The notes under the pieces are model-generated. The model did not search any database. It had not been told where the DNA came from and worked only from the letters and a program-made list of their open reading frames with translations. The translations under genes and the position numbers were made by a program. This document shows positions 39,900 through 52,980 of a stretch of 64,000 nucleotides of DNA, piece by piece (the stretch's first letter is position 1; every line of letters begins with the position of its first letter). The DNA lies in NCBI GenBank assembly GCA_032718475.1, contig JAUCBJ010002945.1, forward strand, positions 2,454-66,453. The letters run 5' to 3'. This DNA comes from Nemertoderma westbladi (taxonomy: Eukaryota; Animalia; Xenacoelomorpha).

Positions 39900-40088
39900 C
39901 TTTAGTTCCCGACGTAGATGAACTATTTCGTCCTTATATTGAGCGATTTGTGTCTCCTTTGCCTTTAGCTCCTTAGTCGCCTCTACGTTGTCCGTATTGT
40001 TGGTAACCTCTTCCCTGTATCGACGTTCCAGCTCTTCTACTTTTGCATCCAAGTTTCGCTTCTCTCGTTCAAAAACGTTCGCCAAGTT
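39900..40088 (-). CDS. NINL: Ninein-like protein, internal exon (63 codons)
   Basis: ttgacag|NLANVFEREKRNLDAKVEELERRY...HLRRELK|gtttgt. Phase 0/0, coiled-coil. Confidence 0.78.
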
Positions 40089-40283
40089 CTGTCAATCAGA
40101 TGGCAGTATTAGCGATAAGGTAAAATTATATTGTATTGTTAACGAGTAATACTTCTGTAATAAATTAAGTGATATACTTCTGCGCGAGGTGGACTTCTAT
40201 TGGTTAGCCACATGTCTAGGTACAAATTAAACGTCGAGGAGGTCAAGCTGCAGGCGCCTGACGAAACCACCAAAAACAGTTAA

Positions 40284-43200
40284 AGCCAAGGACAAGCATC
40301 CACTGGCGACAGCAGAGCCAAGGACAAGCATCCACTGGCGACAGCAGAGCCAAGGACAAGCATCCACTGGCGACAGCTGAGCCAAGGGCAAGCATCCACT
40401 GGCGATTGAAGAGCCAAGGGCAAGCATTCACTGCCGACAGCAGAGCCAAAGGCAAGCATCCACTGGCGATTTAAGAGCCAAGGGCAAGCATCCACTGGCG
40501 ACAGCAGAGCCAAGGACAAGCATCCACTGGCGACACTAGAGCCAAGGGCAAGTATCCACTGGCGACAGCAGAGCCAAGGGCAAGCATCCAATGGCGACGA
40601 CAGACCAAAGGGCAAGCATCCACTGGCGATTGAAGAGCCAAGGGCAAGCATCCACTGGCGACAGCAGAGCCAAGGGCAAGCATCCACTGGCGACAGCAGA
40701 GCCAAGGGCAAGTATCCAATGACGACAGCAGAGCCAAGGACAAGCATCCACTGGCGATTGAAGAGCCAAGGGCAAGCATCCACTGGCGACAGCAGAGCCA
40801 AGGACAAGCATCCACTGGCGATTGAAGAGCCAAGGGCAAGCATTCACTGCCGACAGCAGAGCCAAAGGCAAGCATCCACTGGCGATTTAAGAGCCAAGGG
40901 CAAGCATCCACTGGCGACAGCAGAGCCAAGGACAAGCATCCATTGGCGACAGTAGAGCCAAGGGCAAGTATCCACTGGCGACAGCAGAGCCAAGGGCAAG
41001 CATCCAATGGCGACGGCAGACCAAAGGGCAAGCATCCACTGGCGATTGAAGAGCCAAGGGCAAGCATCCACTGGCGACAGCAGAGCCAAGGGCAAGCATC
41101 CACTGGCGATTGAAGAGCCAAGGGCAAGCATCCACTGGCGACAGCAGAGCCAAAGGCAAGCATCCACTGGCGACAGCAGAGCCAAGGGCAAGTATCCACT
41201 GACGACAGCAGAGCCAAGGGCAAGCATCCAATGGCGACGGCAGACCAAAGGGCAAGCATCCACTGGCGACAGCAGAGCCAAGGGCAAGCATCCACTGGCG
41301 ATTGAAGAGCCAAGGACAAGCATCCACTGGCGACAGCAGAGCCAAGGGCAAGAATCCACTGGCGACAGCAGAGCCAAATGCAAGCATCCACTGGCGATTG
41401 AAGAGCCAAGAGCAAGCATCCACTGGCGACAGCAGAGCCAAAGGCAAGCATCCACTGGCGATTGAAGAGCCAAGGGCAAGTATCCACTGGCGATTGAAGA
41501 GCCAAGGACAAGCATCCACTGGCGACAGCAGAGCCAAGGGCAAGAATCCACTGGCGACAGCAGAGCCAAAGGCAAGCATCCACTGGCGATTGAAGAGCCA
41601 AGGACAAGCATCCACTAGCGACAGCAGAGCCAAGGGCAAGCATCCACTGGCGATTGAAGAGCCAAGGTCAAGCATCCACTGGCGATTGAAGAGCCAAGGG
41701 CAAGCATTCACTGCCGACAGCAGAGCCAAAGGCAAGCATCCACTGGCGATTGAAGAGCCAACGGCAAGCATCCACTGGTGACAGCAGAACCAAGGGCAAG
41801 CATCCACTGGCGACAGCAGAGCCAAGGGCAAGCATCCACTGGCGACTGTACATCAAGGGCAAGCATCCACTGGCGACAGCAGAGCCAAGGGCAAGCATCC
41901 ACTGGCGATTGAAGAGCCAAGGACAAGCATCCACTGGCGACAGCAGAGCCAAGGGCAAGCATCCAATGGCGATGGAAGAGCCAAGGACAAGCATCCACTG
42001 GCGATGGAAGAGCCAAGGACAAGCATCCACTGGCGACAGCAGAGCCAAGGGCAAGCATCCACTAGCGACAGCAGAGCCAAGGGCAAGCATCCACTGGCGA
42101 TTGAAGATCCAAGGTCAAGCATCCACTGGCGATTGAAGAGCCAAGGGCAAGCATTCACTGCCGACAGCAGAGCCAAAGGCAAGCATCCACTGGCGATTGA
42201 AGAGCCAAGTGCAAGCATCCACTGGCGACAGCAGAGCTAAGGGCAAACATCCACTGGCGATTGAAGAGCCAACGGCAAGCATCCACTGGTGACAGCAGAA
42301 CCAAGGGCAAGCATCCACTGGCGACAGCAGAGCCAAGGGCAAGCATCCACTGGCGACTGTACATCAAGGGCAAGCATCCACTGGCGACAGCAGAGCCAAG
42401 GGCAAGCATCCACTGGCGATTGAAGAGCCAAGGACAAGCATCCACTGGCGACAGCAGAGCCAAGGGCAAGCATCCAATGGCGATGGAAGAGCCAAGGTCA
42501 AGCATCCACTGGCGATGGAAGAGCCAAGGACAAGCATCCACTGGCGATAGCAGAGCCAAGGGCAAGCATCCACTGGCGACAGCAGAGCCAAGGACAAGCA
42601 TCCACTGGCGACAGCAGAGCCAAGGACAAGCATCCACTGGCGACAGCAGAGCCAAGGGCAAGCATCCACTGGCGATTGAAGAGCCAAGGGCAAGCATTCA
42701 CTGCCGACAGCAGAGCCAAAGGCAAGCATCCACTGGCGATTTAAGAGCCAAGGGCAAGCATCCACTGGCGACAGCAGAGCCAAGGACAAGCATCCACTGG
42801 CGACACTAGAGCCAAGGGCAAGTATCCACTGGCGACAGCAGAGCCAAGGGCAAGCATCCAATGGCGACGACAGACCAAAGGGCAAGCATCCACTGGCGAT
42901 TGAAGAGCCAAGGGCAAGCATCCACTGGCGACAGCAGAGCCAAGGGCAAGCATCCACTGGCGACAGCAGAGCCAAGGGCAAGTATCCAATGACGACAGCA
43001 GAGCCAAGGACAAGCATCCACTGGCGATTGAAGAGCCAAGGGCAAGCATCCACTGGCGACAGCAGAGCCAAGGACAAGCATCCACTGGCGATTGAAGAGC
43101 CAAGGGCAAGCATTCACTGCCGACAGCAGAGCCAAAGGCAAGCATCCACTGGCGATTTAAGAGCCAAGGGCAAGCATCCACTGGCGACAGCAGAGCCAAG

Positions 43201-45104
43201 GACAAGCATCCATTGGCGACAGTAGAGCCAAGGGCAAGTATCCACTGGCGACAGCAGAGCCAAGGGCAAGCATCCAATGGCGACGGCAGACCAAAGGGCA
43301 AGCATCCACTGGCGATTGAAGAGCCAAGGGCAAGCATCCACTGGCGACAGCAGAGCCAAGGGCAAGCATCCACTGGCGATTGAAGAGCCAAGGGCAAGCA
43401 TCCACTGGCGACAGCAGAGCCAAAGGCAAGCATCCACTGGCGACAGCAGAGCCAAGGGCAAGTATCCACTGACGACAGCAGAGCCAAGGGCAAGCATCCA
43501 ATGGCGACGGCAGACCAAAGGGCAAGCATCCACTGGCGACAGCAGAGCCAAGGGCAAGCATCCACTGGCGATTGAAGAGCCAAGGACAAGCATCCACTGG
43601 CGACAGCAGAGCCAAGGGCAAGAATCCACTGGCGACAGCAGAGCCAAATGCAAGCATCCACTGGCGATTGAAGAGCCAAGAGCAAGCATCCACTGGCGAC
43701 AGCAGAGCCAAAGGCAAGCATCCACTGGCGATTGAAGAGCCAAGGGCAAGTATCCACTGGCGATTGAAGAGCCAAGGACAAGCATCCACTGGCGACAGCA
43801 GAGCCAAGGGCAAGAATCCACTGGCGACAGCAGAGCCAAAGGCAAGCATCCACTGGCGATTGAAGAGCCAAGGACAAGCATCCACTAGCGACAGCAGAGC
43901 CAAGGGCAAGCATCCACTGGCGATTGAAGAGCCAAGGTCAAGCATCCACTGGCGATTGAAGAGCCAAGGGCAAGCATTCACTGCCGACAGCAGAGCCAAA
44001 GGCAAGCATCCACTGGCGATTGAAGAGCCAACGGCAAGCATCCACTGGTGACAGCAGAACCAAGGGCAAGCATCCACTGGCGACAGCAGAGCCAAGGGCA
44101 AGCATCCACTGGCGACTGTACATCAAGGGCAAGCATCCACTGGCGACAGCAGAGCCAAGGGCAAGCATCCACTGGCGATTGAAGAGCCAAGGACAAGCAT
44201 CAACTGGCGACAGCAGAGCCAAGGGCAAGCATCCAATGGCGATGGAAGAGCCAAGGACAAGCATCCACTGGCGATGGAAGAGCCAAGGACAAGCATCCAC
44301 TGGCGACAGCAGAGCCAAGGGCAAGCATCCACTAGCGACAGCAGAGCCAAGGGCAAGCATCCACTGGCGATTGAAGATCCAAGGTCAAGCATCCACTGGC
44401 GATTGAAGAGCCTAGGGCAAGCATTCACTGCCGACAGCAGAGCCAAAGGCAAGCATCCACTGGCGATTGAAGAGCCAAGGGCAAGCATCCACTGGCGACA
44501 GCAGAGCTAAGGGCAAACATCCACTGGCGATTGAAGAGCCAACGGCAAGCATCCACTGGTGACAGCAGAACCAAGGGCAAGCATCCACTGGCGACAGCAG
44601 AGCCAAGGGCAAGCATCCACTGGCGACTGTACATCAAGGGCAAGCATCCACTGGCGACAGCAGAGCCAAGGGCAAGCATCCACTGGCGATTGAAGAGCCA
44701 AGGACAAGCATCCACTGGCGACAGCAGAGCCAAGGGCAAGCATCCAATGGCGATGGAAGAGCCAAGGACAAGCATCCACTGGCGATGGAAGAGCCAAGGA
44801 CAAGCATCCACTGGCGACAGCAGAGCCAAGGACAAGCTCCACTGGCGACAGCAGAGCCAAGGGCAAGCATCCACTGGCGACAGCAGAGCCAAATGCAAGC
44901 AACCACTGGCGACAGCAGAGCCAAGGGCAAGCATCCACTGCACTGGCGACAGCAGAGCCAAGGGCAAGCATCCACTGGCGACGGTACATCAAGGGCAAGC
45001 ATCCACTGGCGACAGCAGAGCCAAGGGCAAGCATCCACTGGCGATTGAAGAGCCAAGGACAAGCATCCACTGGCGACAGCAGAGCCAAGGGCAAGCATCC
45101 ACTA
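40284..45104. repeat. 32-bp minisatellite (~150 copies) with 2270-bp higher-order duplication, intronic in NINL
   Basis: Unit GAGCCAAGGGCAAGCATCCACTGGCG(ACAGCA/ATTGAA). Identical ORF translations recur at a +2270 offset. Confidence 0.98.
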
Positions 45105-45833
45105 CTGGTGACGACAACATTGGAAAACCTTGTAATGTAATATTGTAGAATACTTAAATTATAACTAATATTTAGATTTATTGTAAACTAGGCTTAATGT
45201 GTATTATAATGTGTGAACTAGATGTAATGTGCAAAATATAACTGAATAAGTGAATGTCAGTGCAATAGAAAGTGAATTTTGAAAAGCCGCGCATATGTGG
45301 TGTGCAAGTGGCTGTGCCGTGGGTTGTGATTAGATTACATCTTATGAGTGTCGGTGCAGAGATAAATGTGATTTTAAAATGCCATCCCAATACGCCATAT
45401 ACCACAACACGCCCAATACGAACACCCCGAAAATATCTGTGTACTGAGATTATTAGGAAAATTTTGTAGAACCAGTGTCAAATTTTAAGAAACTTCGTTT
45501 CTTAAAACTTCGTTTTAACTGATCCATTTCTCAAGAGATTTTTATCTCATCTCATCTTATCTTAAGCAAAGTTTGTATCTCTTCCATATAAAATTTAAAA
45601 CTTTAGGATAAAACACGCGAATATCAATTGAGATAGATATATAGGACATTTGAGTGCGATCGTGTACAACCGCTGTCATCCTAATTTTTGATACACACGG
45701 AACTTCCACCAGTGATGTGATAAAAGTGGTTAAAACACCGAAAAGCATAAACATGCTGCCTCAAATTAATTCCATTTCAATAAACAAAATAACCAGTCCC
45801 AAAGTTGTGGAAGATCGAGATACTGTAACCCAC

Positions 45834-46406
45834 CTTTTTCTGACATGCACTTTCCTCCAACTGGAGTTGAAGATTTTTTTCACGAATTTTAAACTCTTTT
45901 TCCTGATTAACTCCCTTCCGATGACCCTCCGAGCGCTCTTTATCCAGGGCTTCGGAGATTTCGTTTAACTGTGTTTGAAGATTTTGTTCGCGATTTTTAC
46001 ACTCACTCAGTTGTTTTTCAAGTTTCTGATGATTTTCACTACGTTCTTTGTCTAAAGCATCAGAAATATCGTTTAACTGTGTTTGAAGAACTTGCTCTCG
46101 CATTTTAAATTCTTTCTTTTGATTTTCATCCTTCTCATAACTCACAGTGCGTTCCTTATCCCTAGTCTCGTTTAGTTGGTTGATCTGTGTTTGAAGGTCG
46201 TCTTTCCTCTCGTTCGCCCGTTCCAGCTCGGTTTCTAACTCCACTTTATTCTCGTTCACAAGACTCAGCTTCTGTTCCAAACCGTGGGCTATTCGTGAGG
46301 TATCTTGTAACCTGGACAACTCTCGCTCCAACGACACAATCCGTTCGTCGCGCGACAAACAACCCAGCTCTAGATCGTTTATTTTCGAAGAGGCAATGCG
46401 ATTTAT
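45834..46406 (-). CDS. NINL: Ninein-like protein, most upstream exon found (191 codons)
   Basis: ctgttttag|INRIASSKINDLELGCLSRDERIVSLERELSRLQ...LEESACQKK|gtgggt. Long heptad coiled coil. Phase 0/0, compatible with downstream exons. Confidence 0.78.
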
Positions 46407-47959
46407 CTAAAACAGATAACAAATTCTTAGTAATTATTATCAATGCAACGATGAATTTATCCAATAAACAATGGGAAATAACTGGACACTTGCAACCAGT
46501 GAGCTGGATTATAGTGGGTGGATGGGAAAGAATAGAAAATAAAAGCTGACGTGCTCTTTCAAGGATTCCAAAATGTATTACATATAAAAACTATCTGGAA
46601 AACTTCATCAGGGTTCCAAAAGCTTATGTAATTAAACTCAAATATTATAATATTCATGAAACTAAAATCAATTTATGCAACTAATTCAATAACTCAAACA
46701 ATGTGACACTTAACATTAAATCTATCATCTACGCCATAGAATGCTAAACTTAAGATGGAACTATATATATGCCAACCCTTGGGGCCACCATAGGACCACC
46801 AATTTTTTTTATAATGTTGTAGACAATAATTGAAAGTCGAGTTAATTAAAAAAAATGGCATCATGCTCGTTTCCATGTTATAGGGAAACGTTTTCAATCT
46901 AAACAATTTATTGTACTGTAACTCCTCACACATACATTAGTTAAAGTTGCGTTATGTGTATCACAAACGATACAATGCGCATCTGTTTACGCTAAAATAT
47001 TGATTGATTCTCTAATAATAAAATTAAAAAGAAGTGGCAAAAACAATCAACAAATTAAAAGTGCTGCCAATTTTTCAAGGTTGATAGAAATTGAAAACGG
47101 TTTCGATACTTAGAATCAACGCATCTAAATTAACCGCAAAAGTTGTTTGTTTTGGACAAAACAGTTTTTCATTGTCCCCATTTACTTTTTGTTATCTAGG
47201 AAAAGTGTTTCTATCTGCTTCTTTTTAAGCTGAAAATTGCTTATTTCATTTAAGAAGTTATTTGATTATTTTGTAAGAAAAGCAATTTTTAACCTTTTAC
47301 TTGAAAAATTAATCTGTTACCATAGAAACTACCCACTACGATGCGATGGCGCAGACTTTTTTTCGAAAATTAACCCTGCTAATATCATAATAGGATTTTG
47401 TTCAGAAATAGAAAAAACGAAGGGTGATTAAGTCTAAATCCAGTATTTCACATGGCCCTCTCCACGTTCACCGTAATATAGAAGTTCTAGAAATTATATA
47501 TTACTTTCACTATCCCGATATTTTTATTGTCGATCCCGATACTTTTCCCTTGTTAGGGTACATTCAGCCCCTAGTTGTGGTCACAATGGATGCGTTACCA
47601 GGAAAGACAACCAATTTCACGGATAACGTATCATTATTCTGTCCTATACCCGTTTTGATTTGGTTGTGATTGGAATTGCTTGGTATGATATCCGATCACA
47701 TCAATTAAATGTGCTGGTTTATAAATTTAATAAAAAAGAACTCAGAGTAAGTTTGGAACCGGTATAAGAACCTAGGCTCCCAATAAATGTAAATAAGTAC
47801 ATTCAAATAACTTGCACTCCAAACAAATCCATATGTATTTTTACAGATTTGGAACCGATGTAGCTTAAAGCTCACCTTTCCATCTCAGCACTAAGAATCA
47901 CTATAAATAAAGACAAAGTATTGTTAGAGCAGATGGTGCAATATCAATTGCAATCAGAA

Positions 47960-48140
47960 TACCTTGTAACAAAAGTTTGAAAGCAAAAACAATAATTCTG
48001 ACTCACCCAGAGCAGAAAATAGGGAGGGATGCATCTGTATCAAATGTCATGAAATTAAGATCTTATTTTTAAGGGTTTTTATAGTTTCTACAGTAGAAAT
48101 TAGGGAGGGAGGGGGGGGGGGGGTCTTACTGATTTACCAA
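47960..48140 (-). mobile_element. Diverged single arm of the foldback MITE family
   Basis: TTGAAAGCAAAAA...AATTCTG.CTCACCCAG...GTAGAAATTAGGG-polyG resembles the right arm of 26541-27453. Confidence 0.55.
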
Positions 48141-48297
48141 TATATAACTGAAACTCGCGTAAATACTGACTGAAAATGTAGATTAAAAATGTTTATAACT
48201 TGGTTTTAGAAATGTATAATTTATTGTTTGCAATAGAAGTGATTTTGAAAATGATTAAGCTGTTAAGTTATGTTAGCGAAATTACCCAACATTAGTA

Positions 48298-49308
48298 TTA
48301 TGGCCTATTTAAATGGTAATCATAGAACTCTTTCTTGCTCTTATCATGTTTTTCCTTCAGAGCCACCTGTTTAGGATGCCACACATTGAAGGGAGTGTGG
48401 TAACAATCCATATTGGTGAACATGTATTTAACAAGTTGCCTTTTATCCTTCTTGGGAGATTCGTCGAATTCTAACTCATCCCACTCCTTATCATCTATAT
48501 CCTGTTTAACGGAAACCCCTCGCATATTAGGATCTTTAGAATCGGTGCCAAGGTCTTTACTACTCAAGTCCTTAGAGCTCTCGTTAATATTGAGTTCCTT
48601 AGCATCCGACCTCAGTCGGAAGGTTAGCCTACCGGTACACGACAGATTAATCTCCCCGACATCCTCAGATCTCTCCGGAAGTTCCCCTGCAACCTCCAAC
48701 GGGTCGATCCGAACTAAATGTTTAATAACGTAGAGTTTCGCGTTGATTCCAGGGGAGTTGCGCATTACCACAGGACGCAACCTTCGGTACAGTCCCAGAT
48801 GGTCTATCATCTCTTTCTCCCAGTACGGACGCCCTTTGATACACTTGTGTCGTCGGACCACATGGAATCGCGCTGCGCTCTTCTTATCGGCTGGCTTAAA
48901 GAAATCCGGCGGGGGTTTGTCCGTCTGGTTGTCCATTGCCCAGGGCAGTCGCGGTTTCAACGGCTCGAACTTAAACGCTTTCATCGGCAAACCGTCGCCA
49001 TCTAACGGGTGGCCTTCCTTCTTGATATTGTAAGTAAAGTCTGTGTAACTGTTGCCTGTCCGTTGCCATGGATTCCACTCATGCACCAGACCGACTTCCT
49101 TCAGGAATGGGATCTGTCTATTAGCAATCCGCGTGAATTTACCTTCCTTTCGTTTTCTACTCAAAGATTTCCTATCGTCGTACATTAAATAGGATGAGAT
49201 GGATAAGGGGCGAGCCACAAACTCACGTGTTTTACCGGTACGATGTGATATCATACCTGTACCGTTCGAGGGACCACTTAGTATAAATGTCGGTCGTAGA
49301 AGGGCCAT
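48298..49308 (-). CDS. MRPL30: Mitochondrial ribosomal protein uL30m (MRPL30), intronless, 336 aa from the first ATG
   Basis: Core FHVVRRHKCIKGRPYWEKEMIDHLGL...RNSPGINAKLYVIKHLVRIDPL...GELP matches the MRPL30 motif RPYWEK..I..LGL...N.PSVNAKL..VKHL.RI.PL. Basic, acid-poor N-terminus consistent with a presequence. Confidence 0.9.
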   Translation of the reverse strand: MALLRPTFILSGPSNGTGMISHRTGKTREFVARPLSISSYLMYDDRKSLSRKRKEGKFTRIANRQIPFLKEVGLVHEWNPWQRTGNSYTDFTYNIKKEGHPLDGDGLPMKAFKFEPLKPRLPWAMDNQTDKPPPDFFKPADKKSAARFHVVRRHKCIKGRPYWEKEMIDHLGLYRRLRPVVMRNSPGINAKLYVIKHLVRIDPLEVAGELPERSEDVGEINLSCTGRLTFRLRSDAKELNINESSKDLSSKDLGTDSKDPNMRGVSVKQDIDDKEWDELEFDESPKKDKRQLVKYMFTNMDCYHTPFNVWHPKQVALKEKHDKSKKEFYDYHLNRP

Positions 49309-49524
49309 CACTACTGCACTACGCTCTCCCACCTTCTCCGCTGTCTGGTTGCTCCTCTCAGCTGCTCAGCCTATCTTGGTTGTAAACTTGTTACCAGTAG
49401 CTGGGTAGCCTATATCCAGATATCTCTATATCGAACCGATGAGTTATTGATTATGAGTTATTGTTAATACTGCAGTACCGGTACTGCGGCGGTACGGTAG
49501 GCCTACTGCATACTGTAACTACGC

Positions 49525-49715
49525 TGGCTGAAAATGGCCAAAATAATTCACTAGGCAGCTAGGCACTAGGCCTACTTTTTTAATTTTTTTTCTTGAATTT
49601 CAACCCTGCAACCCGGGTTGATATCATTTTCAACCCGGGTTGAAATTCAATAAAACAAATGTTTATCAAAATAAAAATTAAAAAAATAGTGAATTATTCT
49701 GGCCTCTTTCAGCCA
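49525..49715. mobile_element. Small palindromic MITE-like element upstream of MRPL30
   Basis: TGGCTGAAAATGGCCAAAATAATTCACTA vs TAGTGAATTATTCTGGCCTCTTTCAGCCA, with an inner TTGAATTTCAACC...GGTTGAAATTCAA. Confidence 0.6.
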
Positions 49716-51232
49716 CCATTATGTAACTGTAATATTGTTAAGGTTGATGGTGATAGCTCAGTATGGTAGCTACAGTAGGAGTAGACTATCAGATCACGAT
49801 TGTGCATCTGATACATTGGTACTATAGTCCATGGGCCAGCCAGCATAGGGGATACTTTTTGGTAACCATCTGGAACTTTTATTTTTGGAAAGACCTAGTT
49901 TCTGGCCATTCATTCTGATATGATAACAAATCTGAATCGGTAGCTGGCGTGGTGTTATCACCGGTTGTCATGGAAATGGTAAAACAACAAACATGCTGTA
50001 GTATTCTAATAACCCAATATAAATTCATTGCATCTTTTGAAAAAGATAGCTACTGTTCTAACAATTCTAAATGTGACATAAAATTCTGGAATAGTAATAA
50101 TGGAATAATAATACTAGGCCCCTACTGCTGTACTGTACAAACTGACATAGGCATTAAGGTGTAGGCCAAAGGCGTCCTTTAGTACATTTTAAGTTGTAAA
50201 GGAAGTCTTGGCGTAGACAGTTAAGGCTAAGCAGCTTCTAAAGCGATACAAGGAGGCGATCAAAAACTTCGATCATGGGCGATTTTCCGTTCAAGGCGAA
50301 TCCAATATGCTGGCTGTGTCGCTGCTTCATGTGAAAGGGATGGATGAGCCAGTTGCCTTTCCTCTTTGCGCGAGATAATCGAGTTAGTGGGAGAAAAAGC
50401 GCCACATGGGACGGGAGATAAAACGGTAGTAGACCCCAGGTTAGTCGGTGGTAATTATACTGTAATGAAATTATTTATTACATGGGAAAAAAAGTATAAA
50501 TTTTTTCACTATTTTCGAGGCATTTTATTTACCGAGCGTCAGCGTGGTTAATAAAGGGTCGATAGAATATTGAAAAAAGTGTTCTAGATACGTTTTTCAC
50601 ATGTAATACGTAGTTTTATTCTTAAATTTGGACTTTTTGTTGCTCAATTCTTTAAATTCTTTTAAGTTTAGTATTTTATTATATTGTTTCCATAATTACT
50701 CTCCTGATGCTGCCTTACTCAATGTTAAATAATTTAGTGTTCTCGATTATTTGTTACGTAACTAGAGAGCCGCTTAACAACATTAACCAATATTGGATAT
50801 TGAGTTCCGTTTTGGAGTTCGCCTTGCAGACACTACAGTAAAGTAGCAATAACTTTTGAGTGTTTCAATGGATTTTGCTCAAATTATTTACAAACCTTTT
50901 GTACTCTTTATTCATTCAACACATGTAATATAATTTAAGAAATTCCACCAAAAATATTTTATTTTACTTTTTACGCCGGGAAAAAGAGTTCAATTAAATC
51001 CTATGGGTTACTTATACTTTTTTCCCAAGGTAAAAAAAATTTTTTTCCTAATGTTGGAGTATATTGAAGCGAAAAAGTAACAATTTAAGAATAAAAATTT
51101 ATTAGCAATATACAAACACTGTGCCATAGAAAATAAAATAAATTTATTAATGTAAAATATTTGTTAAACTAATATTTTTATCCACCCCCCCCCCCCCCCC
51201 CTCCCCCATTTGAGGTTAACTTCAGGGACAGC

Positions 51233-51335
51233 GATACGATACGATACGATACGATACGATACGATACGATACGATACGATACGATACGATACGATACGAT
51301 ACGATACGATACGATACGATACGATACGATACGAT
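51233..51335. repeat. (GATAC)n microsatellite within a small repeat element
   Basis: ~20 GATAC units after CAGGGACAGC. Further GATACG and CGTATC inverted motifs extend to ~51455. Confidence 0.9.
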
Positions 51336-51514
51336 AGGAACCAATTTTTCACGATACGATACGAATGCAATTTTGAGAAAGTACGATACGATACGAAAAA
51401 TCCAAGATACGATACGAAATACGAAAAATGTTTCGTATTTTTTTCGTATCGTATTTTATCTAAGAAATTATAAATATTGTATTGAATGGGAGAATCTTTT
51501 AGGCTCGTTAAACC

Positions 51515-51571
51515 AAGGAATGCCTGTTCACCACCATGGGTGATCTTCCACAGTAAACCCTTCCACTCTGT
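51515..51571 (-). repeat. Solo inverted copy of the 63-bp minisatellite unit
   Basis: AAGGAATGCCTGTTCACCACCATGGGTGATCTTCCACAGTAAACCCTTCCACTCTGT is the reverse complement of the 31.6-35.3 kb unit. Confidence 0.9.
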
Positions 51572-52980
51572 CCGTCAACTTGTAATAAATATTTTATTGT
51601 ATTTTGTATTACACTTAGAAAATCATATAAATCTCTATATAATATAATATAATATAATATAATTTTTTATTTCATTGTTCCAGTAAGCTTGCTAGCAATA
51701 GTGTCCCTACTGCTGGCTACAACATTCATAAGGACATTATGCTACGGGGCCCAATGTAGGCCTTACCATATTACCATGCCACTTTATGTATACTGTACTG
51801 CTGTACCCTGTACCTAGGACTACTGCCGTTATTTATGGAATGATGTGCAGTACCAATATGGAAAAAATTCAAAACTACAATTTCGAAGTCAAACTAAAGA
51901 ATAAAATAATGTTTTATTTTGAAAATAAATGTTTTATTTTTTTATTCTCTCACTACAGTAGAAAGACATATCATAACATCAATGCCTTGTATAGTAAGCG
52001 CGATTATAGTTCTCCTCAAGTTTATTTAAACTGTAATTATATTATTTATGTTACATTTTATCATTTTTATACATTATACATGATTAACGGTCCTCCTTTC
52101 TTAAAACATTTTATTAAAATGGGTAATAAAACTGGAGCTGCAACCTAATTTATTCACATGTAAAGAAATAGGTGGTGTGATCTTTTGGTTTGACGGTTAA
52201 AAACATTAATACAGGTTACAAATTAATAAGAAGAATTGAAGATGAAGATCCTCATGATTCAGATTATGAGGGGCCTACTGGGAATGAAGGCGAAGCGGCG
52301 CCTATGTCTCGTTGGTATACAAAGCCGGCAATGTTTTTTGGCCAAAGAAGCTCAGGGTATCCGTTTTGGGTAGTGATTTTGGTATCGACCTGCTTTGCTC
52401 TATATTAACTTATGGTAATATGAATGGGGCTGATGCTCTTTCTGGATATGGTCATGTTATCGAGCTATTTGAAGCTTGTCGTTTTCAGGCAAAATGGACA
52501 CAATCTGTGGAAGAGAAGGTCATCAGTGCAATGGATAGTGAATCGACACCTCCTGTTTTGATATCAACGAAACGCTTGATCTTAATTTGGTAGTGGTTCC
52601 ACCTTTGCTACATAATATTATATGTCGCTCTGGTAACTGTGACCTTTTTCAAAAAGAGATAGTTAGTCTTGTCATACGGGCATGCCAGTTAGAAAATGGA
52701 ACAAAGAATGCTTGGGATTTACTAGCGACTTTATGTGGTGGTCCAAGAGGATCAGTTGGTAAAACGGTGGAAATAATTTACCGAAATTAGTGATATAACA
52801 GATGAATCGGTTTAATTTAAAGAAATGGTTGAAGTTCTTGTGGATGGTATGGCAAAGAAATTACCCTTAAACAACTCCGCTCCTACACCATTATCCTCCC
52901 ACCACTCAATCACATTCGTATGAGAAAGCGAGATTTAATATAAAAGTAAGTTTATTTCGAAATAACAGGAGAGAAGGATA

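Noticed and set aside
31637-45104. Hammerhead ribozyme satellites
   Set aside because: No CTGANGA...GAAA core seen in the consensus units on either strand.
40227-45148. Dozens of Cys/Trp-rich ORFs on both strands
   Set aside because: Translations of a 32-bp (non-triplet) minisatellite lying inside a well-defined NINL intron.
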